Assembly: GCA_964406465.1 (NCBI GenBank)
Contig: CAYORT010000001.1
Coordinates: forward strand, 157,144 to 221,143
Direction: 5' to 3'
DNA: 64,000 nt
Source: an uncultured Chryseobacterium sp.
Lineage (GTDB): Bacteria; Bacteroidota; Bacteroidia; Flavobacteriales_C; GCA-002722245
The stretch's first letter is position 1, and each line of letters begins with the position of its first letter. A program made the translations under genes and the position numbers. Below are positions 39,253 through 49,018 of the stretch, piece by piece. The notes beneath the pieces are model-generated. The model worked only from the letters and a program-made list of their open reading frames with translations. It was not told the DNA's origin and did not search any database.

Positions 39253-40152
39253 ATGATATTAGGAATTGACATTGGAGGAACCACCATTAAAATAGGAGTG
39301 GTAGACGAAAAAGGAAATATTTTAGATGCCCGCAAATTTCCTACGGAAGAATGGACCAATCCGGCTGAAAAATTAACCGAATTGATACAAAGAGAACATG
39401 CGAAATTTCAGAAAGAATATAGCATAGATGGGATAGGAATAGGTGTGCCAGGGCAAATTTCTCCCAATAAAGAATCTATTTTAGAATTGACCAATATTCC
39501 ATCTCTTAATGGCTTTGCATTAAAAGCAGAAGTGCAGAAAGTATTACCTAAACTTAAGGTTGCGATGGAGAACGATGCGAGATGTGCGGCGATGGGTGAA
39601 TTGCAGTTTGGCGGACACGGTTTTGATAGCTTTGTTTTGATGACCCTAGGTACCGGAGTAGGAGGAGGAGTTGTGATTAACCGAGAAATCTTTACAGGTG
39701 CTAGTGGCAACGCTGGTGAAATAGGAATGATACCAGTGGGTAAAGGAAAATATTTAGAAGAATATGTGGGGCAAAGACAAATTGTACAATATGCTACCGA
39801 TTTGCTTCAAGATAAATTGTACTTAACATCTGTTCTTAAGCAAGATAAAGACTTAAGTGTAGAGAAAATTTATTTTGCAGCCACCGACTTCAATGATTCT
39901 TGTGCCAAGGCGGTATTTAAATACGCTGGAACCTTGATAGGTGAAGCTCTATTAAGTATCATTCACCTGTACGATATTCATAACATTGTGATTGGTGGAG
40001 GGGTTGGTAACGCTTTCGACTTAATTAAGCCTGCAGCCGAAACAGTATTGAAACATCGCTTAATGAACTATTATTACAAAGATTTAAAGATAGTTAAGGC
40101 TAGTAATCAAAGTGATACAGGCATTATTGGTGCAGCCAGTCTTGTGCTGTAA
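39253..40152 (+). CDS. ROK family sugar kinase (glucokinase/N-acetylglucosamine kinase-like)
   Basis: The N-terminal ATP motif ILGIDIGGTTIKIGV and the ROK signature region are present (GTGVGGGVVINREIFTGASGNAGEIG). Confidence 0.85.
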   Translation: MILGIDIGGTTIKIGVVDEKGNILDARKFPTEEWTNPAEKLTELIQREHAKFQKEYSIDGIGIGVPGQISPNKESILELTNIPSLNGFALKAEVQKVLPKLKVAMENDARCAAMGELQFGGHGFDSFVLMTLGTGVGGGVVINREIFTGASGNAGEIGMIPVGKGKYLEEYVGQRQIVQYATDLLQDKLYLTSVLKQDKDLSVEKIYFAATDFNDSCAKAVFKYAGTLIGEALLSIIHLYDIHNIVIGGGVGNAFDLIKPAAETVLKHRLMNYYYKDLKIVKASNQSDTGIIGAASLVL

Positions 40153-40622
40153 ACCCTTGTTTTTATTGATTTGTCCATAAAATGTCCATTTCTTTTTTGG
40201 CTTCCTTTCAAGTAAATTGGTATGCCAATTTGCTAGCACTCTAAATTGAAATTTGATTTGTTTGAATAGGGCAAGTTTGAAAAGTTTCAAAATTGCCTCT
40301 AGCTACTGGATGATATCAAGAAGGAAATTCAATCGGGTAAGCGATATAATTTCAAAATTAAATGAATGTCCATGCAAAGGATTGAATCTATTTCGCTAAG
40401 TCTTTCTTTTGTCCATCTATAATCCTTTTCAAATGCTTGATATGAGAGTATTTTTGTTGTGTACTCTTTGAGGGTTAAGCGTATATCCCCAACCCTGTCG
40501 TTCTTTTAATGTAGTTTATAGTTAATAATAGTAGTAGTTAGTAGTAATAATATAGTTCGAATCCCAAATCGGATTATTAATATTCTTAAACTCAAAGAGC
40601 ACTTTTTTACTCAATCCCAAAA

Positions 40623-40656
40623 CCTTCTCCAACCCCAAAGGAGAAGGTTTTTTTAT
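40623..40656 (+). terminator. rho-independent terminator
   Basis: ccttctcc (40623-40630) pairs with ggagaagg (40640-40647) and is followed by T7. It lies about 470 nt downstream of the ROK gene stop. Confidence 0.55.
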
Positions 40657-40744
40657 TTTAGAATTTTGGCAATTGTTTTGTCGAATAGATCATCTATTCT
40701 CTTATTGATGATTATAATATGCCAGTAAATTAAAGCAATCAATT

Positions 40745-42211
40745 TCATTTAATTACAACCAATTTTTCAGAAATATTTGCGCCATCTACATTTGTTCCAA
40801 CCACATAATAGATACCTGCAGCTAAATGAGACGTGCTAATTTTTAGTGATGAAAGGTTGTTGCTGACTATTTCTTCGATGGTTTTTCCTGTGGCATCTTT
40901 AATGTATAAAGTCTGAAAATTGCTTTCATACAATTCAATGGTGGTATTGATATCACTTGGGTTAGGATAGATGCTTATTACACTGTGGCTTCCATCGCTC
41001 AAGTTAACAACTACGGTTTTGAAATACTGATATTGAGCGTCAACATCTACTTGCTTCAACCTATAGTAATTGTTGCCAATTGCAGGTGAGTTGTCGGTGA
41101 AGGAATAAGTTAGTAATGTATTGCTATTGCCAGCCGCATTAATTACCGCAATGTTCTCGAAGTTTACTCCATCATTTGATCGCTCAACAATGAAATAATT
41201 GCTGTTGAGTTCGCTTGCTGTTTGCCAGGTAAGTAAAACAGATTTATCTATTTTTTCTCCCTCGAAGGAAACAAGTTGCACTGGTAAAGTGCCAGTTGGC
41301 GTGCCTAAGGCAAAGTATTGTAAGGTATTGCCAGTGCCGTTTACCTCACCTTGTACACCAAGTGTAAAGCCAGTGCTATTGAAGCCATCTATTGCAATAT
41401 GCGAAACATCATCTACAAATTTGTATGAAGCTGTGGCTGGCATAGCGTAGGTTTTAAACCATACGTTATTGGTTAAGTCACTGGTATTTTTTACGATTAC
41501 AAAATCGGGATTCACACCAATACTCACATTTAACGCGCTGCCGGTTCCTGTGTAGGTACCCGTATAAACATTTGAATTTCTAAAAGTAACGTAGTGGTAT
41601 ACCGAGCCATCATCTACTCCCGAGCTTCCCGAAGCAGGCACCGAAAAACCAGAGGCGTTGTAAGCGCCCATGCTTGCCGATGAGGCGTCTAAGATTGCGC
41701 CATTGTTAAATGCATCGGGGAATGCATCCCATCCATCTTGTGAAATATTTCCGTAATCATTCCAGTCACCCGATTCACCTAGTACCCAAACCATAGCTGG
41801 GCGGTAGCCAACGTTGATGTTCTGACTGCTTGTTGAGCCAGTATAAGTGCCTACATTGATGTCGGCATCATCATCAAATGCAACATAATAATAAGTTACA
41901 CCATTGCTGTTTGCCGAAGTGCCGGCAGTAAAACCATCTGCATCAATTGAATTGATGTAGTTGGATTGAAGCACATTTGCTGGATCTAAAACTTTGGTTC
42001 TGCCCGAAGCCATCGTTGAGGTGGTGATGAAAGCGGCGCTTGTGCTGGCTGGTTTTACCAGTATCACTTCGGGTTGAAATCCTAGTCCAGTAACAGCTCT
42101 TGTTGCAGCACCTGTGCCAACATATTGTCCGGCAGCTTGTCGCATACCAAAGCCATCATTAAATATTAACATGCTTATTGCAAGCAATAGCGAAACGCGA
42201 AAAATTTTCAT
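40745..42211 (-). CDS. T9SS type A C-terminal-sorting-domain protein with internal GTYTG(T/S) repeats
   Basis: The product has a signal peptide. Its pre-CTD module (LVSFEGEKIDKSVLLTWQTASELNSNYFIVERSNDG...NYYRLKQVDVD) is homologous to the one in the 10793..11837 gene. The C-terminus carries a Por tail (ISIYPNPSDINTTIEL...GIYYVVG). Confidence 0.75.
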   Translation of the reverse strand: MKIFRVSLLLAISMLIFNDGFGMRQAAGQYVGTGAATRAVTGLGFQPEVILVKPASTSAAFITTSTMASGRTKVLDPANVLQSNYINSIDADGFTAGTSANSNGVTYYYVAFDDDADINVGTYTGSTSSQNINVGYRPAMVWVLGESGDWNDYGNISQDGWDAFPDAFNNGAILDASSASMGAYNASGFSVPASGSSGVDDGSVYHYVTFRNSNVYTGTYTGTGSALNVSIGVNPDFVIVKNTSDLTNNVWFKTYAMPATASYKFVDDVSHIAIDGFNSTGFTLGVQGEVNGTGNTLQYFALGTPTGTLPVQLVSFEGEKIDKSVLLTWQTASELNSNYFIVERSNDGVNFENIAVINAAGNSNTLLTYSFTDNSPAIGNNYYRLKQVDVDAQYQYFKTVVVNLSDGSHSVISIYPNPSDINTTIELYESNFQTLYIKDATGKTIEEIVSNNLSSLKISTSHLAAGIYYVVGTNVDGANISEKLVVIK

Positions 42212-42412
42212 AGTTCTCTCAATAGGGGCGTCTAAAGTAGCTCACCTTTAGGTGCCTTTGAAAACAAAAAAATCGAAAAATCGCAATTCGTAGGGCAACA
42301 ATAATTTGGTAAGTCTTTGATAAAGTGTATGTTAATATGATAATAGGAGGACGCGACTAGGCGTGTTTTTACTGTGGTTTATAGTTGCAATTAAAATCAT
42401 ATTTTTACCTAT

Positions 42413-43789
42413 ATGAATTTACCACAAGAATTTGTCGAAAGAACTTGTTCGTTGCTACCAAACGATTGGAATGTGTTTGTAGAATCTTTACAAAAGGAGG
42501 CTTCCGTTTCTGTGCGTATAAATCATGATAAATTATCGGCTTTAAATTTTCCAAGAATAGAATGGTGTGATAAGGCTTATCAGTTGGCTGTTCGCCCTCA
42601 GTTTACCTTAGATCCTTTAATTCATGCTGGGGCTTATTATGTTCAAGAGGCTAACTCGATGTTCATACAAGAAGCACTTCAACAAGTAACCGATACAACT
42701 AAGAATCATACCGTTTTAGATTTGTGCGCAGCGCCTGGCGGAAAAACAACATTACTATCGTCACTATTTTCTAAGGACTCGGTTATCGTTGCGAATGAAG
42801 TCATCAAACAGCGCGCTGGAATTTTGAAAGAAAACGTGCAGAAATGGGGCAGAGGAAATGTGGTGGTGACAAGTAACGATTCAAAGGATTTTTCGCGTTT
42901 AGAAAATTTCTTTGATGTAGTAGTTGCCGACCTACCTTGTTCGGGCGAAGGCATGTTTAGAAAGGATACAAAAGCTATCGAGGAATGGTCGACTGCCAAT
43001 GTGCATTTGTGTGCAGAGAGACAAAAAAGAATTGTTGCTTCGGTATGGCCATCTTTGAAAAATGGAGGCTATTTGTTGTACAGCACTTGCACTTACAATG
43101 AAGAAGAGAATGAGAAGAATATTCAGTGGATTTGTGAAAATTTCGATGCCGAAATGGTGGAACTAAATATAAAGGATGAGTGGGGAATTGTTGCGTCGAA
43201 GAAGGGATATAGATTCTATCCACATAAGACTCCTGGAGAAGGATTTTTTCTTTCTGTGCTGAGAAAGAAGGGAGAGCATGAGGAGTTGCGCGGCAAGAAA
43301 AATCAGAAGAAAGATTTTTCATTTTTAACGAAGAATGAAAGAGAATGGACCGAAAAGTTTGTAGACGCGCAGGGCGCAGATTTTTTGAAATTCAAGAATT
43401 TCGTTTTTCTTTTTGCTGGCGCAACAGATAAATTATTTAACATATCTGAACACTTGTATTTATTGTATTTTGGTGTAGAGGTGGGAGAAATTTTGCGCGA
43501 TGAAATAAAGCCTGCACCTACCTTAGTTTATTCTTCATATTGCAATAAAAGTTCATTCGATTACATAGAACTTTCTCAATTTGATTCTTTGCGAATTCTC
43601 AAAAAAGAAAATATTGTTTTACCTGCAAAGGCATCTAAAAACTGGATTGTTTTTACCTTCAAGAATGTGCCCATAGCCTTGGCAAAAAATATAGGAAATA
43701 GAATAAACAATTATTTTCCAAAGGAATGGGTAATACGAATGAATATCAAAGAAGAAGGGTCGGTTAGTTTAGCCGATTTTATCTCGTAA
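42413..43789 (+). CDS. RsmB/RsmF (NOL1/NOP2/Sun) family rRNA cytosine-C5 methyltransferase
   Basis: A SAM-binding DLCAAPGGKTT motif and the catalytic DLPCSGEGMFRKD motif are present. Confidence 0.8.
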   Translation: MNLPQEFVERTCSLLPNDWNVFVESLQKEASVSVRINHDKLSALNFPRIEWCDKAYQLAVRPQFTLDPLIHAGAYYVQEANSMFIQEALQQVTDTTKNHTVLDLCAAPGGKTTLLSSLFSKDSVIVANEVIKQRAGILKENVQKWGRGNVVVTSNDSKDFSRLENFFDVVVADLPCSGEGMFRKDTKAIEEWSTANVHLCAERQKRIVASVWPSLKNGGYLLYSTCTYNEEENEKNIQWICENFDAEMVELNIKDEWGIVASKKGYRFYPHKTPGEGFFLSVLRKKGEHEELRGKKNQKKDFSFLTKNEREWTEKFVDAQGADFLKFKNFVFLFAGATDKLFNISEHLYLLYFGVEVGEILRDEIKPAPTLVYSSYCNKSSFDYIELSQFDSLRILKKENIVLPAKASKNWIVFTFKNVPIALAKNIGNRINNYFPKEWVIRMNIKEEGSVSLADFIS

Positions 43790-44534
43790 AAACCCAATCA
43801 TTTGTTCCAGATAATTTTTCATTGAACGAATATTTATCTGCATCAAAATTTTTCAAATCTTCTGTTTTTTTCACGTTGTTTTTGATGATGTAATTGGCCA
43901 TCATTCCGCGCGCCCTTTTGGCAAAAACCATCACAGGTTTAAACTCTTTTCCTTTCTTTTCTTTAAAGGTGCAAGTGATAATCTCACTTTTTAATTTCTT
44001 AGTATTTATTACTTTGAAGTATTCATTTGATGCTAAGTTTATCAGTGCTTCTCCTTGCAGTTCTTCATTGAGTTTGTGAGTGATTTTATCTCCCCAAAAA
44101 GAATATAAATTTTTGTGTTTTCCTGGTCCCCAACTGGTGCCCATTTCTAATCTGTATGGTTGAATTAGGTCAAGTGGTTTAAGTATGCCATAGAGTCCCG
44201 ATAAAAATCGAATTTTTTCTTGCGCTAATTCTAATTCTTTTGCTGAGAAGTGGTAGGCATCTAAACCGTTGGCAACTTCGCCATCGAAAGTAAATACGGC
44301 CTGGCGCGCATTGTCGCTGTTGTGAATTTCACTGAAGTTTTTGTATCGCTCCACATTCAAGTCACTTAGCTTTTCGCTCAAATCCATAAGTGACGAGATT
44401 TTCTTTGAGCTAAGTTTTCTTAGGCCTTCAATGAGTTGCAAAGTTTCTTTTTGGTTTTCGTGTTGTGTAAATATTTTGGTAGGTATTTTGGTGTCAAAAT
44501 CCAATGTTTTCGCTGGTGAAAGTACTATCATCAT
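43779..44534 (-). CDS. yaaA: peroxide stress protein YaaA (UPF0246)
   Basis: The N-terminus (MMIVLSPAKTLDFD) and the overall composition are characteristic of YaaA. Confidence 0.85.
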   Translation of the reverse strand: MMIVLSPAKTLDFDTKIPTKIFTQHENQKETLQLIEGLRKLSSKKISSLMDLSEKLSDLNVERYKNFSEIHNSDNARQAVFTFDGEVANGLDAYHFSAKELELAQEKIRFLSGLYGILKPLDLIQPYRLEMGTSWGPGKHKNLYSFWGDKITHKLNEELQGEALINLASNEYFKVINTKKLKSEIITCTFKEKKGKEFKPVMVFAKRARGMMANYIIKNNVKKTEDLKNFDADKYSFNEKLSGTNDWVFTR

Positions 44535-44652
44535 GGTGATTAAGTTTGTTTCAAAAATAGTATAAAACCTTAGAGCGATTGGTAATTGTGCCTATAATAT
44601 TTTTTTGGGGGTTCCCTTTTTCCTTCTTATTTTGTACGTCCCTGCATTAACT

Positions 44653-47600
44653 ATGAAAAAGAACATCGTTTCTTTTATATTTTCTTTACTCGTATTTTGT
44701 GAAGTTTATTCACAGAATGTTGCTGCATTTTCTGTATGTCCGAATCAATCTATTTCATTAGGTAACGACATTACCATATGTGAAGGCGACAGTGTTACGT
44801 TAAGTGCAACGGGTGTTTATGATAGAATTGTTTGGAATACAGGAGCAAGCGCTTCATCTATAAAGGTAAAGACCAGCGGAACATACATCGTACACGGATT
44901 GAAAGCAGCCACTGTTGATTTAGTGACCAACGGTGATTTTCATGACACTTTAACAACTTTCACCAGTGATTATCGCACAGCAAACGGCAATCAGCCTTAC
45001 AACAGAATTGTAAATCCGAATTATTTTAAGATTGTGCCTAGAACGGGTGATGCCTATTGGGATTTTGATCCAAATTGTGCTGATCATACTTCGGGTAACG
45101 GCAGCAGTAATATGCTTGCTGTAAATGGATATACGGGTTTGAACAAAAAAATTTGGTGTCAAACAGTACCGGTACAAGCGGGTAAAAATTACAATCTTTC
45201 GGCTTGGGCCACATCCATGGCAGGTGCCGGAAAGGTAACTTCTAATCCAGCGAAACTGCAATTTAAGATAAATAATGTATCGGTTGGTGCAACGCTCAAT
45301 TTGCCGGGCACTGAATGCAGTTGGAGAAACATGACGGCAGTTTGGCCATCTGGCGTTGCTACTTCTGCCGAAATTTGTATTTACAATAATGTTTTTACAA
45401 ATGCAGGTAACGACTTTGCTATTGATGATATTACTTTTACTACATCTGATACTTGTAGAGTTTCAGATACGGTGATTGTTACAGTAAATCCCAAACCAGT
45501 GGTGAATTTAGGGAGCGATATTAGCACTTGTGCCGCTTCAGCAGATTTAACAGTGCCCAATACACAACCGTCATGGACTTATTTATGGAACAATTCCGCT
45601 ACAAGCAATCCCATTACCGTAAATAGCAATGGAACCTATTCTGTGGAAGTTACCGATGCAAACAATTGCAAAGGTAGCGATGCGATAGATGTTGCTTTTG
45701 TAAGTGCAAGTAAAATTAATTTGGGAAATGATACTGCATTTTGTTCGGGTGGAAGTAAACTTTTAGATGCAGGAGCGGGGTACACTACTTATGCATGGAC
45801 AGGCGCAAAAGCAGGAAGCACACAAACTATGGTGGCCGATGTTGCAGGAACCTATTATGTTGAAGCATCGGGAGTTTGCAACAGTAAAGATACCATTGTG
45901 GTTTCCATCAATGCCAAACCAATAGTGAATTTGGGAAGCGATATTTCTACCTGTGGAAGTTCGGTAAACTTAACGGTTACTGGCGCTCAGCCCGCAGATG
46001 CTTTTGTGTGGAGTGATGGAAGTTTGGTTAATCCTATCACTGTAAATTCTAGTGGTACTTATTCGGTAGAAGTTACCAATACCAGCAATTGTGTTGGCAG
46101 AGATACGGTGGTGGTTAATTTGGTGACTGCGCTCAATGTAAATTTAGGAAATGACACTTCGTTTTGTGCTGGAGGAACTAAGCTTTTAGATGCAGGAGCA
46201 GGTTACAACTCATATTTATGGACGGGAGCTAAAACAGGCTCTTCACAAACCATGTTGGCCGATATCGCGGGAACTTATGTAGTGAACGTTACTGCAGGAG
46301 GTGGTTGCAGCGATGCCGACACCATTGTGGTATCGATCAATGCTAAACCTACTGTAAATTTAGGTGCAGATATTACCTCTTGTGCGGCTAGTGTTGATTT
46401 GCATGCGCAGCCAAATTTCACATCTTATTTGTGGAGTGATGCCAGCAGCGATTCGGTATTGACTGTTTCTTCTTCGGGCACCTATTGGGTGGAAGTTGCA
46501 AATGCTTCTAACTGTAAGTCGCGAGATACCATCAATGTAAGTTTAGGATCGAATTTGGTGGTTGATCTAGGTGCTGATGCTAGCGTGTGTGCAGGAGCTT
46601 CAAAAAGTTTAGATGCTGGTGTAGGTTTTACAAGCTATGCATGGAGTGGTGCTAAAAGTGGTTCAGCACAAACTTTAATAGCCGATGTGGCAGGTGCTTA
46701 TTATGTTACAGCATACAATGGAGCTTGCGCCGCAAAAGATACTTTTATTTTAACGGTATATCAAAATCCAAAACCATCTTTAGGCAATGATGTTACGATT
46801 TGTACAGGCGCTTCAGCTCTCTTTGATGCTGGTGTTTTTAGCTCATATTTATGGAGTGATGCATCAACTTTATCAACATTAAATGCTGCTGTTGATGGAA
46901 CTTATTGGGTAGAGGTGACCGATGGCAATTTATGCCAAGGAAGAGATACTGTAATGCTAACGATACAAAATACCATTGCAGTAAATTTGGGCGCAGATAT
47001 CAATGCTTGTTTAGGCGATGCGCCATTGCTTGATGCTGGAAATGGATTTAGCTCATATACTTGGGATGGAGCAAAAAGTGGAAGCGCACAAACGATGCTT
47101 GCTGATGTTGCCGGACAATATATCGCTACCGTTACTTCGGGAGGATCATGCTCAGCTAGTGATACCATTAATGTTTCTTTTTTCAATTTACCTCAGGTAG
47201 ATTTAGGCGCTGATGTGCAGGTGTGTGCTGGTAGTACAACAAGTATAGATGCTGGTACTTTCGTAAGTTATTTGTGGTCTACCGCAGAAACTTCGCAATC
47301 AATTAGTAAGGGCGTAGGTGTATATTCTGTTGAGGTTACAGATGCCAATTCATGTACCGATACCGATACAATTATTGTAACTTCTGCTGCTCTGCCTCAA
47401 GTAAATGTTGGTAATGATGTTACCGCTTGTGAGGGTGAAGTTTTGGTGGTTCAAGATAATGTTGGACAAGGAGGCTTAACCTACGATTGGTCGGATGGAA
47501 CAAGTTCTTTAGGAAATTCATCTTCGTTAACAATTACCCAAAGTGGAACCTATACTCTAACAGTAACCGATCCCAACAACTGTAAAAAATCAGATGCAGT

Positions 47601-48372
47601 GAATGCTACTTTTAACACTCCGCCTTCTGTGGATTTGCTTGGTGGCACTGATACTTCAATAGTATGTAAAGGAAATAATAAAATACTTGATGCTACTGTA
47701 AATGCAGCAGGAATTTACTATTTGTGGCTACCAGGTAAAGAGACTTCTTCAACCATTACAGTAAGTAATTCTGGTGAATACTCGGTGATAATAAGTGATG
47801 GTTCATGCAGTGATACCGACAAGGTTTATATAAAAGCTGTAAGCATGCCAAAGAGTGTATTGAATGATACTTTCTTGCCAAACAATAGAAATTATTGTTT
47901 TGTTGAAGAACCAAATGGAGTGCTTATTAGCGCATACACAGAAGATAAGGTAGGCTATAAATATTTGTGGAGTACAGGAGATACTACGGCCACTATTTAT
48001 GTAACAAAAGAAGGAACTTACTCGCTTACTTTGTCTTTGGATAATTGCGAGGTGAAAGACAATTTAAAATTGATAGATTATTGTCCAACCATTATCAATT
48101 TCCCATCGGCATTTTCACCCAACGGAGACGGTGTTAATGAAACATTTTATGCAAAAGGAGTTTATGTAGAAGATTATCAAATGTTGATTTTCAATAGATG
48201 GGGTGAACTCATATTTACTGCCAATAGCATGAGTGATGCTTGGGATGGAACTTATGGCGGAGTTAAGGTTGAGCATGATGTGTATGTATGGAAAGTGCTT
48301 TACACTGAGCATCAGCCCAACGGCATCAATTCAAAGAAAGAGAAGATTGGTAAAGTAGTGGTGTTGAGGTAA
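44653..48372 (+). CDS. SprB-repeat adhesin-like T9SS type B substrate with an N-terminal CBM-like jelly-roll domain and about 12 tandem repeats
   Basis: The C-terminus (CPTIINFPSAFSPNGDGVNETFYAKG...IFNRWGELIF...WDGTYGG..VYVWKV) matches the gliding-motility-associated/T9SS type B CTD. The body alternates two roughly 70 aa repeat types (NLG(S/A)DI(S/T)(T/S)C...GTY(S/W)VEVTDANNC and NLGNDTxFCxGGSKLLDAGAG...). The N-terminus resembles CBM_4_9 (GDFHD...AGKNYNLSAWA). The start was trimmed to MKKNIVSF at 44653. Confidence 0.8.
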   Translation: MKKNIVSFIFSLLVFCEVYSQNVAAFSVCPNQSISLGNDITICEGDSVTLSATGVYDRIVWNTGASASSIKVKTSGTYIVHGLKAATVDLVTNGDFHDTLTTFTSDYRTANGNQPYNRIVNPNYFKIVPRTGDAYWDFDPNCADHTSGNGSSNMLAVNGYTGLNKKIWCQTVPVQAGKNYNLSAWATSMAGAGKVTSNPAKLQFKINNVSVGATLNLPGTECSWRNMTAVWPSGVATSAEICIYNNVFTNAGNDFAIDDITFTTSDTCRVSDTVIVTVNPKPVVNLGSDISTCAASADLTVPNTQPSWTYLWNNSATSNPITVNSNGTYSVEVTDANNCKGSDAIDVAFVSASKINLGNDTAFCSGGSKLLDAGAGYTTYAWTGAKAGSTQTMVADVAGTYYVEASGVCNSKDTIVVSINAKPIVNLGSDISTCGSSVNLTVTGAQPADAFVWSDGSLVNPITVNSSGTYSVEVTNTSNCVGRDTVVVNLVTALNVNLGNDTSFCAGGTKLLDAGAGYNSYLWTGAKTGSSQTMLADIAGTYVVNVTAGGGCSDADTIVVSINAKPTVNLGADITSCAASVDLHAQPNFTSYLWSDASSDSVLTVSSSGTYWVEVANASNCKSRDTINVSLGSNLVVDLGADASVCAGASKSLDAGVGFTSYAWSGAKSGSAQTLIADVAGAYYVTAYNGACAAKDTFILTVYQNPKPSLGNDVTICTGASALFDAGVFSSYLWSDASTLSTLNAAVDGTYWVEVTDGNLCQGRDTVMLTIQNTIAVNLGADINACLGDAPLLDAGNGFSSYTWDGAKSGSAQTMLADVAGQYIATVTSGGSCSASDTINVSFFNLPQVDLGADVQVCAGSTTSIDAGTFVSYLWSTAETSQSISKGVGVYSVEVTDANSCTDTDTIIVTSAALPQVNVGNDVTACEGEVLVVQDNVGQGGLTYDWSDGTSSLGNSSSLTITQSGTYTLTVTDPNNCKKSDAVNATFNTPPSVDLLGGTDTSIVCKGNNKILDATVNAAGIYYLWLPGKETSSTITVSNSGEYSVIISDGSCSDTDKVYIKAVSMPKSVLNDTFLPNNRNYCFVEEPNGVLISAYTEDKVGYKYLWSTGDTTATIYVTKEGTYSLTLSLDNCEVKDNLKLIDYCPTIINFPSAFSPNGDGVNETFYAKGVYVEDYQMLIFNRWGELIFTANSMSDAWDGTYGGVKVEHDVYVWKVLYTEHQPNGINSKKEKIGKVVVLR
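45480..47650 (+). repeat. in-frame tandem coding repeats (period about 420 bp, alternating A/B units) inside the adhesin gene
   Basis: Strings such as aatttaggaagcgatattagcacttgtgc (45510), aatttgggaagcgatatttctacctgtgg (45930) and aatttaggtgcagatattacctcttgtgc (46350) recur roughly every 420 bp. Confidence 0.7.
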
Positions 48373-48393
48373 TTTTATTTTTACCTTCAACCC

Positions 48394-48786
48394 ATGCAAG
48401 AACTCCTCAAAGAAATATCATTTAAAACATCGCGCAGTGGCGGTAAGGGCGGACAAAATGTGAACAAGGTAGAAACCAAGGTTCATTTGCTTTTCAATGT
48501 ACAAGCTTCTTCTTTTTTAAATGATGAACAAAAGAATCTCATCTTACAAAAGGCAGCCAATAAAATAAACGATGAAGGTATTTTGATCATAGCAGACGAG
48601 AGTGATCGTTCGCAATTGGGCAATAAAGAAATGGCCATAAAAAAGTTTTTTCAGCTTTTAGAAAAATGTTTTGCTAAACCCAAATCCCGCAAAAAAACTA
48701 AAGTACCTCGCTCGGTAAAAGAGAAAAGAATCAAAGACAAAAAGAAAAGAGGAGAAACGAAAAAGATGAGAGGTGGCTGGGAGTAA
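48394..48786 (+). CDS. arfB: alternative ribosome-rescue factor ArfB (peptidyl-tRNA hydrolase, GGQ class)
   Basis: A GGQ motif (SRSGGKGGQNVNKVETKV) is followed by a Lys/Arg-rich C-terminal tail, as is typical of ArfB/YaeJ. Confidence 0.85.
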   Translation: MQELLKEISFKTSRSGGKGGQNVNKVETKVHLLFNVQASSFLNDEQKNLILQKAANKINDEGILIIADESDRSQLGNKEMAIKKFFQLLEKCFAKPKSRKKTKVPRSVKEKRIKDKKKRGETKKMRGGWE

Positions 48787-48864
48787 AACAGAGTGAGTGT
48801 GAGAGCGGGAGCGATCATACTCACTCTGTTTTCTTGTTCCTCACACTCACTCTGCATTAAAAAA

Positions 48865-48889
48865 GCCTCCCCGGGGAAGGGAGGCTTTT
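48865..48889. terminator. bidirectional rho-independent terminator between convergent arfB and the GH18 gene
   Basis: gcctccc pairs with gggaggc, with an A6 run upstream and a T4 run downstream. Confidence 0.65.
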
Positions 48890-49018
48890 AACTACTTACT
48901 ATTAACTACTATTTGAGAGGAAAGAACTATGTTTCAAATTTATTTTAATTGGTGGTGCTGGTCACTTTTATTCACCCTACAAAACACTGACTACAGGCAC
49001 TGACCAAATACGTACACC

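Noticed and set aside
40551-40580. tRNA-like GTTCGAATCC motif
   Set aside because: No D-arm, anticodon arm or acceptor stem can be built from the flanking AT-rich sequence. The motif sits in a local palindrome aatcc-caaatc-ggatt, so it is not a tRNA gene and at most a remnant.
45480-47650. regularly spaced direct repeats that could be taken for a CRISPR-like array
   Set aside because: The repeats are about 210/420 bp in-frame coding units of the adhesin, imperfect at the DNA level, with no short unique spacers.
48785-48857. riboswitch or attenuator interpretation of the alternative hairpins
   Set aside because: The element lies downstream of arfB between convergent genes, with no gene to regulate in cis, so I kept it only as a structured-RNA/terminator candidate.
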